From: an uncultured Thermotogaceae bacterium
Lineage (GTDB): Bacteria > Thermotogota > Thermotogae > Thermotogales > DSM-5069
Assembly (NCBI GenBank): GCA_965613295.1
Contig: CBFDVG010000001.1
Span: forward strand, 1 to 35,403
Length of the DNA stretch: 35,403 nt
Direction: 5' to 3'
The notes under the pieces were generated by a model. That model worked only from the letters and a program-made list of their open reading frames with translations, ran no database searches and was not told the DNA's origin. Positions within the stretch are counted from its first letter, which is position 1, and every line of letters begins with the position of its first letter. Made by a program: the position numbers and the translations under genes. This document shows positions 26,331 through 35,363 of the stretch, piece by piece.

Positions 26331-27861
26331 AGAAAAGGCCAAGTACAATCCATGCCAATATGGAGTTCATAGCCTGGGCTTCAGGAAGGTGTCGGGTACT
26401 GAGAAGTCGGTAAGTCAGCACAGACATAGTAGTAAATGGAGGTTCTGACAAGATTATCGTGGCTGTCATTTCTCCTATAGAGATCGCAGATGCAAAAGCC
26501 AAGCTTCCAAGAATTTCTTTTCTCATCATTGGAAAACGAATCTTAAATAACATAGAAAACAAACCCGCTCCATCCAAACTCGCTGCTTCTTCAATTTCCA
26601 CCGGTGTGTTTCGCCAAGCGTTTTCCATCATACCATGAACGATCGGAAGCGATATCAGGGTGTAGACAACGATCAGCAGGAATGGAATGGGAAGCGAAAC
26701 AACTCGAGAGAGCATTACGAGACCAAAGGCTATGGTTGCCGCTGAAACCGCGGTTGGCACAAAGCAAACAACACTGGAAAGCCTTTGTTTTTCTCTAACA
26801 CTACTGTAAGATGAAAAGAAAGCTATAGTCAGCGTTAAAATGGCAGTAAACAAAGCCAGAGCCATTGTGAAGACTATTGTGAACAGGGGCGTAACGCCCA
26901 GAACATATCTCAGTGCGCTTGAAAACAGGTTTCGAAAGTTGTTCAATGTGAAACCCCCACCATAATTCACAAATCCACCAACTATTGACATGGAAAGGGG
27001 CAGAAAGACAATAACAACTGCAACGAAGCTGTAGAGGTAACCCCACAGGGGAAATCTTTCTTTAACAGTTTTACCAGCGGACAACGTTGTTCTTGATGAG
27101 AAGATCCCCGTCAACAGCGAAACCGAAGATATAAACAGGATTTGTAAGATGGTTAACGACAAAGCACTGTCAAAGTCAAGGAGAACGCGCAAATACATGT
27201 ATATGCTGACTTCAAGAGTGGAATACCTGATTCCACCAAGGATTAGAACAACAGAAAAACTCGTGAAGCAGTAGACAAAACTCAATAGGAAAGACGTTAA
27301 GATAGAGGGAAATATGAGAGGCAATTCTACCTTCATGAACTTTTTCCAGCCATCACATCCATCTATACTTGCCGCTTCAAGAATATCACCATCAATTTTT
27401 GACCAGCTGTCTCCCACTATTCTCATGAAAAGAGGAAAGTTGTAGAAAACATGCCCCATAATGATAGCGGGGAATGTGTATAAAATGCTCAACTGAATTC
27501 CAAAACGTGAAAGTACTGCGTTGATCACACCGTTGTTTCCAAAAGTCAAAAGAAACCCAACTGCCATTGTAATGCCTGGAAGAACAAAGGGGACCATACT
27601 CGCGGCGTTCAGAAGTGATTTGAAAAGCTTGGGGAGCTTGGTTCGATTCATCAAGAACGCACCCGGTATTCCCAACAAAGCTGTGAAAACGGCAGATACT
27701 GTTGCCTGGAAAAATGTAAACTTGATTACATTTCCGTGCCTGGAAGCTGCCTGGAAAAGATCGATATCTGGGAACCTGAGAACAAGCAAATATATGGGAA
27801 AAAGCAAGAAGGCGCCGACAAAAATCGCCGGCACCAACCAATACAAGACACCTTTTCTCAT
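26299..27861 (-). CDS. thiP: ABC importer permease with duplicated MalFG-type domain (thiamine ThiP-like / FbpB-like)
   Basis: 520 aa with about 12 TM segments in two permease halves. It is co-transcribed with the ThiB-like binding protein behind a TPP riboswitch. Confidence 0.65.
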   Translation of the reverse strand: MRKGVLYWLVPAIFVGAFLLFPIYLLVLRFPDIDLFQAASRHGNVIKFTFFQATVSAVFTALLGIPGAFLMNRTKLPKLFKSLLNAASMVPFVLPGITMAVGFLLTFGNNGVINAVLSRFGIQLSILYTFPAIIMGHVFYNFPLFMRIVGDSWSKIDGDILEAASIDGCDGWKKFMKVELPLIFPSILTSFLLSFVYCFTSFSVVLILGGIRYSTLEVSIYMYLRVLLDFDSALSLTILQILFISSVSLLTGIFSSRTTLSAGKTVKERFPLWGYLYSFVAVVIVFLPLSMSIVGGFVNYGGGFTLNNFRNLFSSALRYVLGVTPLFTIVFTMALALFTAILTLTIAFFSSYSSVREKQRLSSVVCFVPTAVSAATIAFGLVMLSRVVSLPIPFLLIVVYTLISLPIVHGMMENAWRNTPVEIEEAASLDGAGLFSMLFKIRFPMMRKEILGSLAFASAISIGEMTATIILSEPPFTTMSVLTYRLLSTRHLPEAQAMNSILAWIVLGLFFIVETAGSEH

Positions 27862-28847
27862 CTCGCAGTCATCAGCTCAGCCCAACTGTCAAGCCACGAA
27901 TCCAGCTTCTTTAATACGACTTCATAATCGACGGGGACAACCTTATCAATCTTGAGTGCGTATTCAAAGGCTTCTGGCACTTCAACTTCAACAACGGGGT
28001 ACATCCACTGATTCAACGGTACCTCTCTTTGAAAGTGTTCACTGAGCAAGAAATCTATGAATTTCTCTGCTAAATCTCTGTTTGTGGCGCCCTTAACTAT
28101 AGAAGCATACTCCACCTGTACAAAGGCTCCCTCCTCCATGGCAATTGGCATGTACTTCAACGTGCCATACTCATGATAACTGTAGGCCCCATCTGTGGCA
28201 TAACTAACCATCATATCAGCTTCGCCGAGTTCGAGCAGATTGAATGCTTCATCCCACCCTGGCGTTACGGTGAGAATACTATCCTTGAGATGGGACCAAT
28301 AGTTTAAGAAGTTCTCTTCACCGTAAACTCCTATAGTCCACAGTAGAAAAGCAAGACCGGTGCTGGAAGTTCTCGGATCTTCCACTACAAGGCTTCTCTT
28401 CCATCTGCTGTTGAGGAGTTCTTCAAAGGAAGTCGGTGGCTCATCAATTAATTCCGTGTTATAGACAATGGCTATTGCACCGTAGTCGTAGGGTGTTCCG
28501 AAACCAGAAGGATCCTTCAGGGACTCGAGAACAATGTTTGATAACTTTGGAGACAGGTATTTCTCCAAAACCTGTTCGCTCACCGCTTTCTTCAAAAGGG
28601 CTTGATCCAGACCTACAATTACATCTGCCCTTGGTGATTCCTTTTCCAGAATGATTCTGGAAAGAACGGATCCTGCATCGCCAAAGGATAGAACTTTCAC
28701 TTTGACGTCGTACATCTTCTCAAAGATAGGTATAGTTTTAACCGCTATGGTCGACGCAAAGCTGTCGTAAGTGTACACAACTAAGTCTTCTGCGAGAAAC
28801 AGGACTCCTGCCAACAGTATAAGCACCAGAAGAGCGAGTTTTCTCAC
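27858..28847 (-). CDS. thiB: ABC importer periplasmic substrate-binding protein (thiamine ThiB/TbpA-like)
   Basis: Signal peptide, 329 aa, and first gene behind the TPP riboswitch. GTG start behind GAAGGAGGGA. Confidence 0.65.
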   Translation of the reverse strand: MRKLALLVLILLAGVLFLAEDLVVYTYDSFASTIAVKTIPIFEKMYDVKVKVLSFGDAGSVLSRIILEKESPRADVIVGLDQALLKKAVSEQVLEKYLSPKLSNIVLESLKDPSGFGTPYDYGAIAIVYNTELIDEPPTSFEELLNSRWKRSLVVEDPRTSSTGLAFLLWTIGVYGEENFLNYWSHLKDSILTVTPGWDEAFNLLELGEADMMVSYATDGAYSYHEYGTLKYMPIAMEEGAFVQVEYASIVKGATNRDLAEKFIDFLLSEHFQREVPLNQWMYPVVEVEVPEAFEYALKIDKVVPVDYEVVLKKLDSWLDSWAELMTAR

Positions 28848-28875
28848 TTTAATCCCTCCTTCTTAGTAAAGACAA

Positions 28876-28895
28876 ATCCCGCCAGCCGGCGGGAT
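28876..28895 (-). terminator. Riboswitch expression-platform hairpin / intrinsic terminator
   Basis: On the minus strand, AUCCCGCC-GGCU-GGCGGGAU is followed by UUUGUCUUU, between the aptamer and the SD of the thiB-like gene. Confidence 0.65.
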
Positions 28896-28904
28896 CAATT
28901 GCGT

Positions 28905-28997
28905 TCCGCTCCCTACGCCGGCATTACCCGGATCAGGTTCTCAGGGTCAAGGGTATCCACCCTCATCTCAGCCCCGGAGTAGGGGCTCCCCTGCGGA
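28905..28997 (-). promoter_or_regulatory. TPP (THI-box) riboswitch aptamer
   Basis: The minus strand reads TCCGC-AGGGGAGC...GGCTGAGA...ACCCTTGA...GAACCTGATCCGGGTAATGCCGGCGTAGGGA-GCGGA. The P1 helix TCCGC/GCGGA and the conserved CUGAGA and ACCUGAUC.GG.UAAUGCC.GCG blocks are present. Confidence 0.9.
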
Positions 28998-29013
28998 CTT
29001 GTTTTTCCATTCT

Positions 29014-29019
29014 ATTATA
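29014..29019 (-). promoter_or_regulatory. Candidate -10 box (TATAAT) for the riboswitch-thiBP transcript
   Basis: A perfect TATAAT on the minus strand lies about 17 nt upstream of the aptamer P1. I found no convincing -35. Confidence 0.35.
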
Positions 29020-29111
29020 CACCACAAGCTTGTTAAATCACCAAATTTGCTTTCAGATTGCTATTTCTGTAAAATAATATTCAGTGCGAACTAATTTTGG
29101 GAGGGATAACG

Positions 29112-30272
29112 GTGGAAATGCTCTTCAAAGGAGGAACAATTTTTCCCATAACTAAGAAACCTTTCAAAGGAGATCTCTTGGTAAAAGACGGTAAGATTCA
29201 CAGAATGGCTAAGAGCATCAAAAAGACGGAAAACTGCGAAGTAGTGGATGTTTCTGGTAAGTACTTATTCCCAGGTTTCATAGATGCCCATTGCCACATC
29301 GGATTGTATCCCGATGGGCTTGGAGGCACGGAATCTGAAGGTAATGAAATGACAGAACCAATAACAGCCGATCTCATGGCACTCGATGCTTTCTATCCGG
29401 ACGACACTGCTATTGGTAAAGCAATTTCAGGAGGCGTCACAACGGCTTTTGTCGTCATGGGAAGCGCTAACCCCGTAGGAGGACAGGGATTCATAGTGAA
29501 GTTTAACGCAACAACTGCAGACAAGATGAGTCTTGTCAATCCAGCTGGCGTTAAGATGGCAATGGGAGAAAACCCCAAACGTGTTTATGGTGAAAAACAC
29601 AAGCTTCCCTCAACGAGAATGGGAACAGCGTCGGCCATAAGGAATTTTCTGCTAAAATCGCAAAATTACATGAAAAAGAAACAACAAGTGATCTCTGAGG
29701 GTAAAGAGTTTGCAGAAATAGATCCCAAATACGAAGTGGGAGAAAAACTTCTAAAACGGGAACTACCTGCAAGAATTCACGCGCACAGATCGGATGATAT
29801 TCTCACGGCAATAAGGATAGCCGAAGAATTCAATTTGAAATTCGTTATTGAACACGGAACAGAAGCATACAAAATAGCTGACGTGCTCGCTGAGAAGAAA
29901 GTCCCGGTTGTGGCAGGACCACTCATGACCTTCAGCACGAAATTGGAACTAAGAGATATGACTATGGAAGCTCTACGCATACTACCTGAGAAAGGTGTTC
30001 TTGTTGCGCTGATGTGTGATCATCCAGTGATTCCCCTTCAATACGCTTCTGTCCAAGCAGCGGCGGCGATGAGGTTTGGTGCGAAAGAAGAAGAACTTTT
30101 GAAAATGCTCACTATTAACCCGGCGAAAATACTTAATCTTGACAACAGAATCGGATCAGTTGAACCCGGAAAAGATGCTGATCTTGTAATCTGGTCAGGA
30201 CACCCATTCGACATGAAAGCTGTGGTGGAACAAGTTTTCATTGATGGTGAGAGAATCTACCATCTGACATGA
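29112..30272 (+). CDS. Amidohydrolase-superfamily metal-dependent hydrolase
   Basis: GFIDAHCHIG (HxH), C-terminal GSVEPGKDADLVIW, and a TIM-barrel family size. The start is GTG 29112 or ATG 29118, behind GGGAGGG. Confidence 0.8.
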   Translation: MEMLFKGGTIFPITKKPFKGDLLVKDGKIHRMAKSIKKTENCEVVDVSGKYLFPGFIDAHCHIGLYPDGLGGTESEGNEMTEPITADLMALDAFYPDDTAIGKAISGGVTTAFVVMGSANPVGGQGFIVKFNATTADKMSLVNPAGVKMAMGENPKRVYGEKHKLPSTRMGTASAIRNFLLKSQNYMKKKQQVISEGKEFAEIDPKYEVGEKLLKRELPARIHAHRSDDILTAIRIAEEFNLKFVIEHGTEAYKIADVLAEKKVPVVAGPLMTFSTKLELRDMTMEALRILPEKGVLVALMCDHPVIPLQYASVQAAAAMRFGAKEEELLKMLTINPAKILNLDNRIGSVEPGKDADLVIWSGHPFDMKAVVEQVFIDGERIYHLT

Positions 30273-30321
30273 CTATCGTTTCAAAGATTCATACCTCAGC
30301 AGTTAAAAACAGTTATGTACT

Positions 30322-30345
30322 CAGGAGCCCGCGTAAGGGCTCCTG
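30322..30345 (+). terminator. Hairpin after the amidohydrolase gene (weak terminator candidate)
   Basis: CAGGAGCCC-GCGTAA-GGGCTCCTG 9-bp stem. The downstream tail is only weakly T-rich. Confidence 0.35.
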
Positions 30346-30433
30346 GCAGTTTCATGGTATAGTCATTTGACCCAAGATATCTGATATGAAGAATCGTCAG
30401 CTCGGAAGGTATTACCAAAAAGGAGTGATTCGC

Positions 30434-31156
30434 GTGGCAGTTGTTGAAATAAACAATCTGAAGAAATTCTACGGTACTTTAGAAGCGGTCAGGGGAATAA
30501 GTTTTGCGATTCAAAAAGGAGGAATATTTGGGCTTATTGGTCCAAATGGTGCTGGGAAAACAACAACATTAAGGGTAATATCTACCCTTCTGAAACCCAC
30601 TTCTGGAGATGTAAAAGTCTTTGGCTACAATGTCGTCACTGAGCCCGAGAAGATAAGAAGACTCATAAGCTATCTACCCGAAGACGCAGGAGCGTATAAG
30701 AACTTGACGGGAATGGGCTTTCTCACCTTCATAGGCAGATTCTTTGCAAACGGTGAGGAGTTGACAAAAATGGTCAATAAAGGCGTTGAAATAGCGAATC
30801 TTGGTGACAGAATAAAAGACAAGATAAGCTCCTACAGCAAAGGCATGATGAGAAGGCTCTTAGTGGCAAGAGCACTTATGACGGGACCAAGGCTGGCAAT
30901 TCTCGACGAACCAACATCTGGTTTAGACGTGTTGAATGCCCAGGAAGTCAGAAAGATCATAAAGGATTCGGTGAAATCAGGAGTTACGGTACTGCTTTCG
31001 TCTCACAACATGTTAGAAGTGGAGTTTCTATGCGACAAGATTGCGCTTATAAACAACGGAGTGATAGTGGAATCAGGTACACCAAGTGAACTCATGAAAA
31101 AATACAATTCCCAGAACATAGAAGAAGTGTTTACAGAGGTGATAAAATGTTCCTGA
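30434..31156 (+). CDS. ABC transporter ATP-binding protein (ABC-2/NatA-like exporter ATPase)
   Basis: Walker A GPNGAGKTT, signature YSKGMMRRL, Walker B LAILDEPTSGLD. GTG 30434 lies behind AAAGGAG. Confidence 0.9.
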   Translation: MAVVEINNLKKFYGTLEAVRGISFAIQKGGIFGLIGPNGAGKTTTLRVISTLLKPTSGDVKVFGYNVVTEPEKIRRLISYLPEDAGAYKNLTGMGFLTFIGRFFANGEELTKMVNKGVEIANLGDRIKDKISSYSKGMMRRLLVARALMTGPRLAILDEPTSGLDVLNAQEVRKIIKDSVKSGVTVLLSSHNMLEVEFLCDKIALINNGVIVESGTPSELMKKYNSQNIEEVFTEVIKCS

Positions 31157-32382
31157 ACCTTTTGAAGAAAGAACTTAAAGAAATACTGACCATTTCAAGC
31201 ATTGTACTGATAGCAGCTATGTCTCTTATGTATGCGCTAATAGGGCAGAGTATTGGAAATATTGAAGAAGAAATTACCAAGAAACCATCGATAGGAATCG
31301 TGAACCTTGATAGCGGTAGATTTGGGCTTCTGGTTACGGATATACTGAAACAGGTATCTACTGTTCTATACACGGGCACCAACATCGATGAGGGTATCAA
31401 GGCTGTTGCAGAGAGCGGAACCGCGCTTTTGACCATTCCAGAAGACTTTACCGAAAAGATGAGCAACGGTGTTCAAACCGATATAGAAGTCTATTGGATG
31501 TTGAAAGGCTTGGGGATCATGGACTCAGTCTCGTCGGGAGTCATACAGAATCTCATATACTATATGAGAAATGAGATCAGCAAAACATTGATGAAAGAAA
31601 ATGGGTTTGAACATACCGATTTTGTCCTCAACCCTGTAATCAGAAACGATGTAACCCTTCTGAAGGGCAAAGAACTTGGAAACGTTTCTCCCAATCAATT
31701 GCTGGACACGATTTTTCCGCAGTCAATGATGACTTCTGTGATCATAATGATGTTAATCATGACGGCCGGTGGTTCTGTGATATCTTCCATGGGACTTGAG
31801 AAAGAGAACAAAACACTTGAAACGCTTTTAACAATGCCGGTTAGGAGAAGCGAAATAGTCTTCTCAAAGATACTCGCAGCGGCTATAGCAGGCTTGATAA
31901 TGGCCTCTATATACATGGTTGGATTCAGCTTTTACATGGGATCATTCTCTATGTCCTCAGGAGGCACAATCATAGAAACCATAAAACTCACCGTAAACGA
32001 TTATTTCTTGGTGGGCATCTTAATCTTCACATCGTTGTTATGCGGAATTTCAATTTCAATGTTACTCGGTATATTCTCAAAAGACTACAAAAGCGCGCAA
32101 ACGATGAATTTCCCGCTAATCGCTCTCGCTGTTTTCAGCATGTTGGTGACACTGTTTAAAGACTTCAGTACACTTCCTTTAGCTCTGAAGATTGTAACTT
32201 TCGCAATTCCCTTCACGCACCCAATGCTTGCCATACGTAACTTGATGGTCCAGGATCACGGCATCATTTTGTGGAGCATACTGTACACGAGTTCATTTGC
32301 CATTGTTATGATCGCAGTGGTAAGCTGGTTTTTCAACTCTGATAGACTGATAATTGGCAGGGTGAAAACAAGAAGGCGATAA
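31147..32382 (+). CDS. ABC-2 type transporter permease (NatB-like)
   Basis: One N-terminal TM segment, a large extracytoplasmic loop, then 5 C-terminal TM segments. 10-nt overlap with the ATPase gene. Confidence 0.8.
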   Translation: MFLNLLKKELKEILTISSIVLIAAMSLMYALIGQSIGNIEEEITKKPSIGIVNLDSGRFGLLVTDILKQVSTVLYTGTNIDEGIKAVAESGTALLTIPEDFTEKMSNGVQTDIEVYWMLKGLGIMDSVSSGVIQNLIYYMRNEISKTLMKENGFEHTDFVLNPVIRNDVTLLKGKELGNVSPNQLLDTIFPQSMMTSVIIMMLIMTAGGSVISSMGLEKENKTLETLLTMPVRRSEIVFSKILAAAIAGLIMASIYMVGFSFYMGSFSMSSGGTIIETIKLTVNDYFLVGILIFTSLLCGISISMLLGIFSKDYKSAQTMNFPLIALAVFSMLVTLFKDFSTLPLALKIVTFAIPFTHPMLAIRNLMVQDHGIILWSILYTSSFAIVMIAVVSWFFNSDRLIIGRVKTRRR

Positions 32383-32478
32383 TCGCTTTCAGTCCATGAT
32401 AAATTCGACCAGTATAGATTCCCATACCACGCACATTCACATTTCTTCAGCGATGCAAATTCAAGGTTGATCACTTAC

Positions 32479-32520
32479 GAGCTGGCTCCGTTGTTTTCAG
32501 GAGCCAGCTCTTGGTTTCTG
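32479..32520. terminator. Intrinsic terminator between convergent genes
   Basis: 11-bp stem GAGCTGGCTCC / GGAGCCAGCTC with a 10-nt loop, followed by TTGGTTTCTG on the plus strand. Confidence 0.6.
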
Positions 32521-32521
32521 A

Positions 32522-32941
32522 CTAACCTGCTTGCAGTGTACTCAAAATTACTGGAAGAGCAATGCGAACGGCCTTTGGTTCATTCGGAAGACATATCAGT
32601 AGAGACTGCCCTCTCACACCAACAGTTGGTGAAGTGAGAAGACATCCTTTGCATTCTTCTGCAATTAGCCCACACAAATAGGTTTCAAGGGCATAGACGC
32701 GACTGTCCGCTATTCTTTTTATAGCCTGACTCGAAGGAGCTCCACTGTAAACCTCTGTACCGCCAATAAACAGCACCAATTTAACCTCTCTTTGAGTCAT
32801 ATGAAAAGCCATTTCAGAAAGGTTCTCAACATCACCAGAAACCCTCTCACTTGTCCACTTTGCTACTTCTTGACTCAGAACATGTTCAATTTCCTGTTGA
32901 ACATTGGTATCTGTTTCAACAAACAGCACCACCAAATTCAT
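32522..32941 (-). CDS. MoaB/MogA (MoCF_biosynth)-like domain protein, divergent
   Basis: LVLFIGGTEV (versus the canonical GGTG) and GVRGQSLLICLPNEPKAV (versus LPGxP). ATG 32941 lies 6 nt after GGGGTG. Confidence 0.5.
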   Translation of the reverse strand: MNLVVLFVETDTNVQQEIEHVLSQEVAKWTSERVSGDVENLSEMAFHMTQREVKLVLFIGGTEVYSGAPSSQAIKRIADSRVYALETYLCGLIAEECKGCLLTSPTVGVRGQSLLICLPNEPKAVRIALPVILSTLQAG

Positions 32942-32966
32942 AGCAAGCACCCCTTGCTTCAGTGAA

Positions 32967-34367
32967 TCATTTTTCTGAAAGGTATCGATCTATGGAAAGA
33001 GCCGCTCTCTTGCCAGCTCCCATCGCCTCGATCACCGTTGCCGCTCCTGTAACAATATCTCCACCGGCGTAAACACCTGGTATGTTTGTAGCACCGGTTT
33101 CAGGATTCGCGGCAACATAACCATATTTGTTCAACTCAAGACCTTCAAACTCACTCAAGAGAAAGCGATTTGCATTCGTGCCAATCGCTTCTATGACTGT
33201 ATCTGCTTCAATTCTAAAAACGCTGTCTTCAATTGGTATAGGACGCCGGCGTCCCGATTCGTCGGGTTCACCCAATTGCATGGTTATACATTCCACAGTG
33301 GTGATGTTTCCAAGATCATCACCAAGGTACCGAAGCGGCTGGGTGAGCCACCTGAAAGCCACTCCCTCTTCAACTGCATGGTGGTACTCCTCTCTTCGAG
33401 CCGGCATCTCGCGTTCAGTTCTTCTGTACAAAACGGTTACCGACTTGGCACCAAGTCTGAGTGCACTTCTTGCAGAATCCATCGCTACATTCCCGCCGCC
33501 GATGACTACAACTTTAATACCTCTTTTGACAGGAGTGTCGTGTTTCGGAAACATGTAAGCCTTCATCAAGTTAATACGTGTGAGAAATTCGTTGGCAGAA
33601 TAAACCCCGTTCAGGTTTGTACCAGGTATTCCCATAAATCTCGGTGTTCCTGCACCAACACTTATGAATACCGCATCGTACTTTTCAAGTACTTCAGAAA
33701 CTGGGATTGCTTTTCCAACAGGACTGTTGAGTCTTATCTCAACACCCAATCTCTTGACTTGTTCCACTTCTCTCTCAACGACAGATTTTGGAAGCCTGAA
33801 TTCCGGTATTCCGTAGACAAGAACGCCGCCAGGTTTGTGAAGAGTTTCAAAAAGAGTTACGCTGTAACCTATTTTTGCAAGATCCGCAGCCGCTGTCAAA
33901 CCCGCGGGACCTGAACCTATTATCGCCACCTTCTTGGTTCGTTTTCTGGTAATACGGACCTCCTTGCTGGACATATTTTCTGCTTCCCAATCAGCTACAA
34001 AACGTTCAAGGCGCCCAATTGCCACGGGTTCGCGCCCTGGAACTTTTCCAACAACACACCTCGCTTCACACTGCACTTCTTGAGGGCAAACCCTGCCACA
34101 AACAGCTGGTAGGCTGTTGTAACGCTTCAAAATCGTGGCCGCAGCTTCGAAATCTCTCTCACGAATCTTCTTGATAAAACCCGGAATATCAATGCCAACG
34201 GGACAACCGTCCACACACGGATGTGTGGGACATTGAAGGCACCTGAGTGATTCTTGAACGGCTTGCTCGGCACTGTACCCAAGGGCAACTTCATCGAAAT
34301 TCCTTATTCTCACATCAACTGGCTGCTCAGGCATCGGTATCTTATGTTTAGATGATTTCAGAGCCAC
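32967..34367 (-). CDS. nfnB: NADPH-dependent glutamate-synthase-beta-like oxidoreductase, NfnB/SudA-type large subunit
   Basis: Two Cys clusters (CLQCPTHPCVDGCP, CGRVCPQEVQCEARC), FAD site IIGSGPAGL and NADPH site VIGGGNVAMD. It is paired with a PyrK-like small subunit. Confidence 0.75.
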   Translation of the reverse strand: MALKSSKHKIPMPEQPVDVRIRNFDEVALGYSAEQAVQESLRCLQCPTHPCVDGCPVGIDIPGFIKKIRERDFEAAATILKRYNSLPAVCGRVCPQEVQCEARCVVGKVPGREPVAIGRLERFVADWEAENMSSKEVRITRKRTKKVAIIGSGPAGLTAAADLAKIGYSVTLFETLHKPGGVLVYGIPEFRLPKSVVEREVEQVKRLGVEIRLNSPVGKAIPVSEVLEKYDAVFISVGAGTPRFMGIPGTNLNGVYSANEFLTRINLMKAYMFPKHDTPVKRGIKVVVIGGGNVAMDSARSALRLGAKSVTVLYRRTEREMPARREEYHHAVEEGVAFRWLTQPLRYLGDDLGNITTVECITMQLGEPDESGRRRPIPIEDSVFRIEADTVIEAIGTNANRFLLSEFEGLELNKYGYVAANPETGATNIPGVYAGGDIVTGAATVIEAMGAGKRAALSIDRYLSEK

Positions 34368-35206
34368 GAAAGATCACCCACTTTCTTTTGAAAAAGCTCC
34401 ATGCTCACCTTTTCTTCTTCTCTGTATTGACTTAAGCGCTTGAGTAGCTCATCCCAGTCAACTCTTGTTCCATCAAACTCAGGTCCATCCACGCACGCGA
34501 ATTTGATTTCATCACCAACCGTTACTCGGCATGCGCCACACATGCCCGTTCCATCTACCATTATAGGATTCAAAGACACTAAAAGTGGTATTTTTAACTC
34601 TTTGGCTTTCATACTGCAAAATTTCATCATTACCGTTGGCCCTACAGCCCAAGCTTGATCGAACTTGTATCTGCTCGAAAGCTCGCCCACAGCATCAGTG
34701 ACAACACCTTTTATTCCCAACGATCCATCATCGGTCGTCACGACAACTTCGTCAACAATTTTCTTAAACTCATCGAGCATGATAACCTGTTCCTTACTCC
34801 GACCACCGAGTACAGCGATAACTGTATTCTGAAAAGATTTCAGAGCTTTAGCTATTGGCATTAGAGTTGCGATGCCGACTCCACCACCTATCAGCAGCAC
34901 ATTGCCATACTCACGTATTTCGCTCGGTTTTCCCAAGGGACCGACTATGTCTATAATTTCGTCTCCTTCCTGAAGAAGACAAAGTTGGTAAGTTGTCTTT
35001 CCAACAGCTTTGACTACCATTCTGAAACTGTTACCATCAGTGCCAGCAATGGTCAAAGGTATTCTCTCACCCTGCTCAGAAAGCCTTATCACAACGAACT
35101 GACCTGGTTTTGCATGTCGCGAAATGTACGGATGGTGAATAGTAAAATCATAAATTTGAGATGCCAATTTCTTTTTGGCTACAATCTTACCTTTCAGATC
35201 CAACAC
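34358..35206 (-). CDS. nfnA: PyrK/sulfide-dehydrogenase-like FAD + [2Fe-2S] subunit, NfnA/SudB-type
   Basis: Ferredoxin-reductase fold (RIPLTIAG, GGGVGIA) and a C-terminal cluster GTGMCGACRV...FACVDGPEF. 10-nt overlap with nfnB. The start is GTG 35206 or TTG 35203, right after GAGGAG. Confidence 0.75.
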   Translation of the reverse strand: MLDLKGKIVAKKKLASQIYDFTIHHPYISRHAKPGQFVVIRLSEQGERIPLTIAGTDGNSFRMVVKAVGKTTYQLCLLQEGDEIIDIVGPLGKPSEIREYGNVLLIGGGVGIATLMPIAKALKSFQNTVIAVLGGRSKEQVIMLDEFKKIVDEVVVTTDDGSLGIKGVVTDAVGELSSRYKFDQAWAVGPTVMMKFCSMKAKELKIPLLVSLNPIMVDGTGMCGACRVTVGDEIKFACVDGPEFDGTRVDWDELLKRLSQYREEEKVSMELFQKKVGDLSWL

Positions 35207-35338
35207 CTCCTCAACAGAACGTAAACCATAACGTTCGAGTGTTTTCAGAGTTGATTAATTGTAACGTAACACTACCCAGTTAACATCTCTATTGGACAGC
35301 GACCCCCCTATCCCCCCTTGGATGGAACAAAGCTGTTA

Positions 35339-35360
35339 AGGGACCTTCGGGTCCCTTTTT
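35339..35360 (+). terminator. Orphan terminator-like hairpin at the contig edge
   Basis: AGGGACC-TTCG-GGTCCCT followed by TTTTT on the plus strand. No plus-strand gene lies upstream of it. Confidence 0.45.
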
Positions 35361-35363
35361 CAT

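Noticed and set aside
26604-27955. Several 60-150-aa ORFs on both strands inside the permease gene (26604-26798, 26801-27046, 27392-27841, 27521-27955, 27736-27927)
   Set aside because: They overlap the continuous 520-aa polytopic permease frame. They have no SD and do not look like proteins.
33127-33914. 143-aa and 212-aa plus-strand ORFs
   Set aside because: They are antisense shadows of nfnB, with no SD and no recognisable domains.
35301-35317. G6-ATA-G6 (minus strand) as a G-quadruplex
   Set aside because: There are only two G-runs with no loops separating four tracts, so an intramolecular quadruplex is implausible. I noted it only as a compositional oddity.
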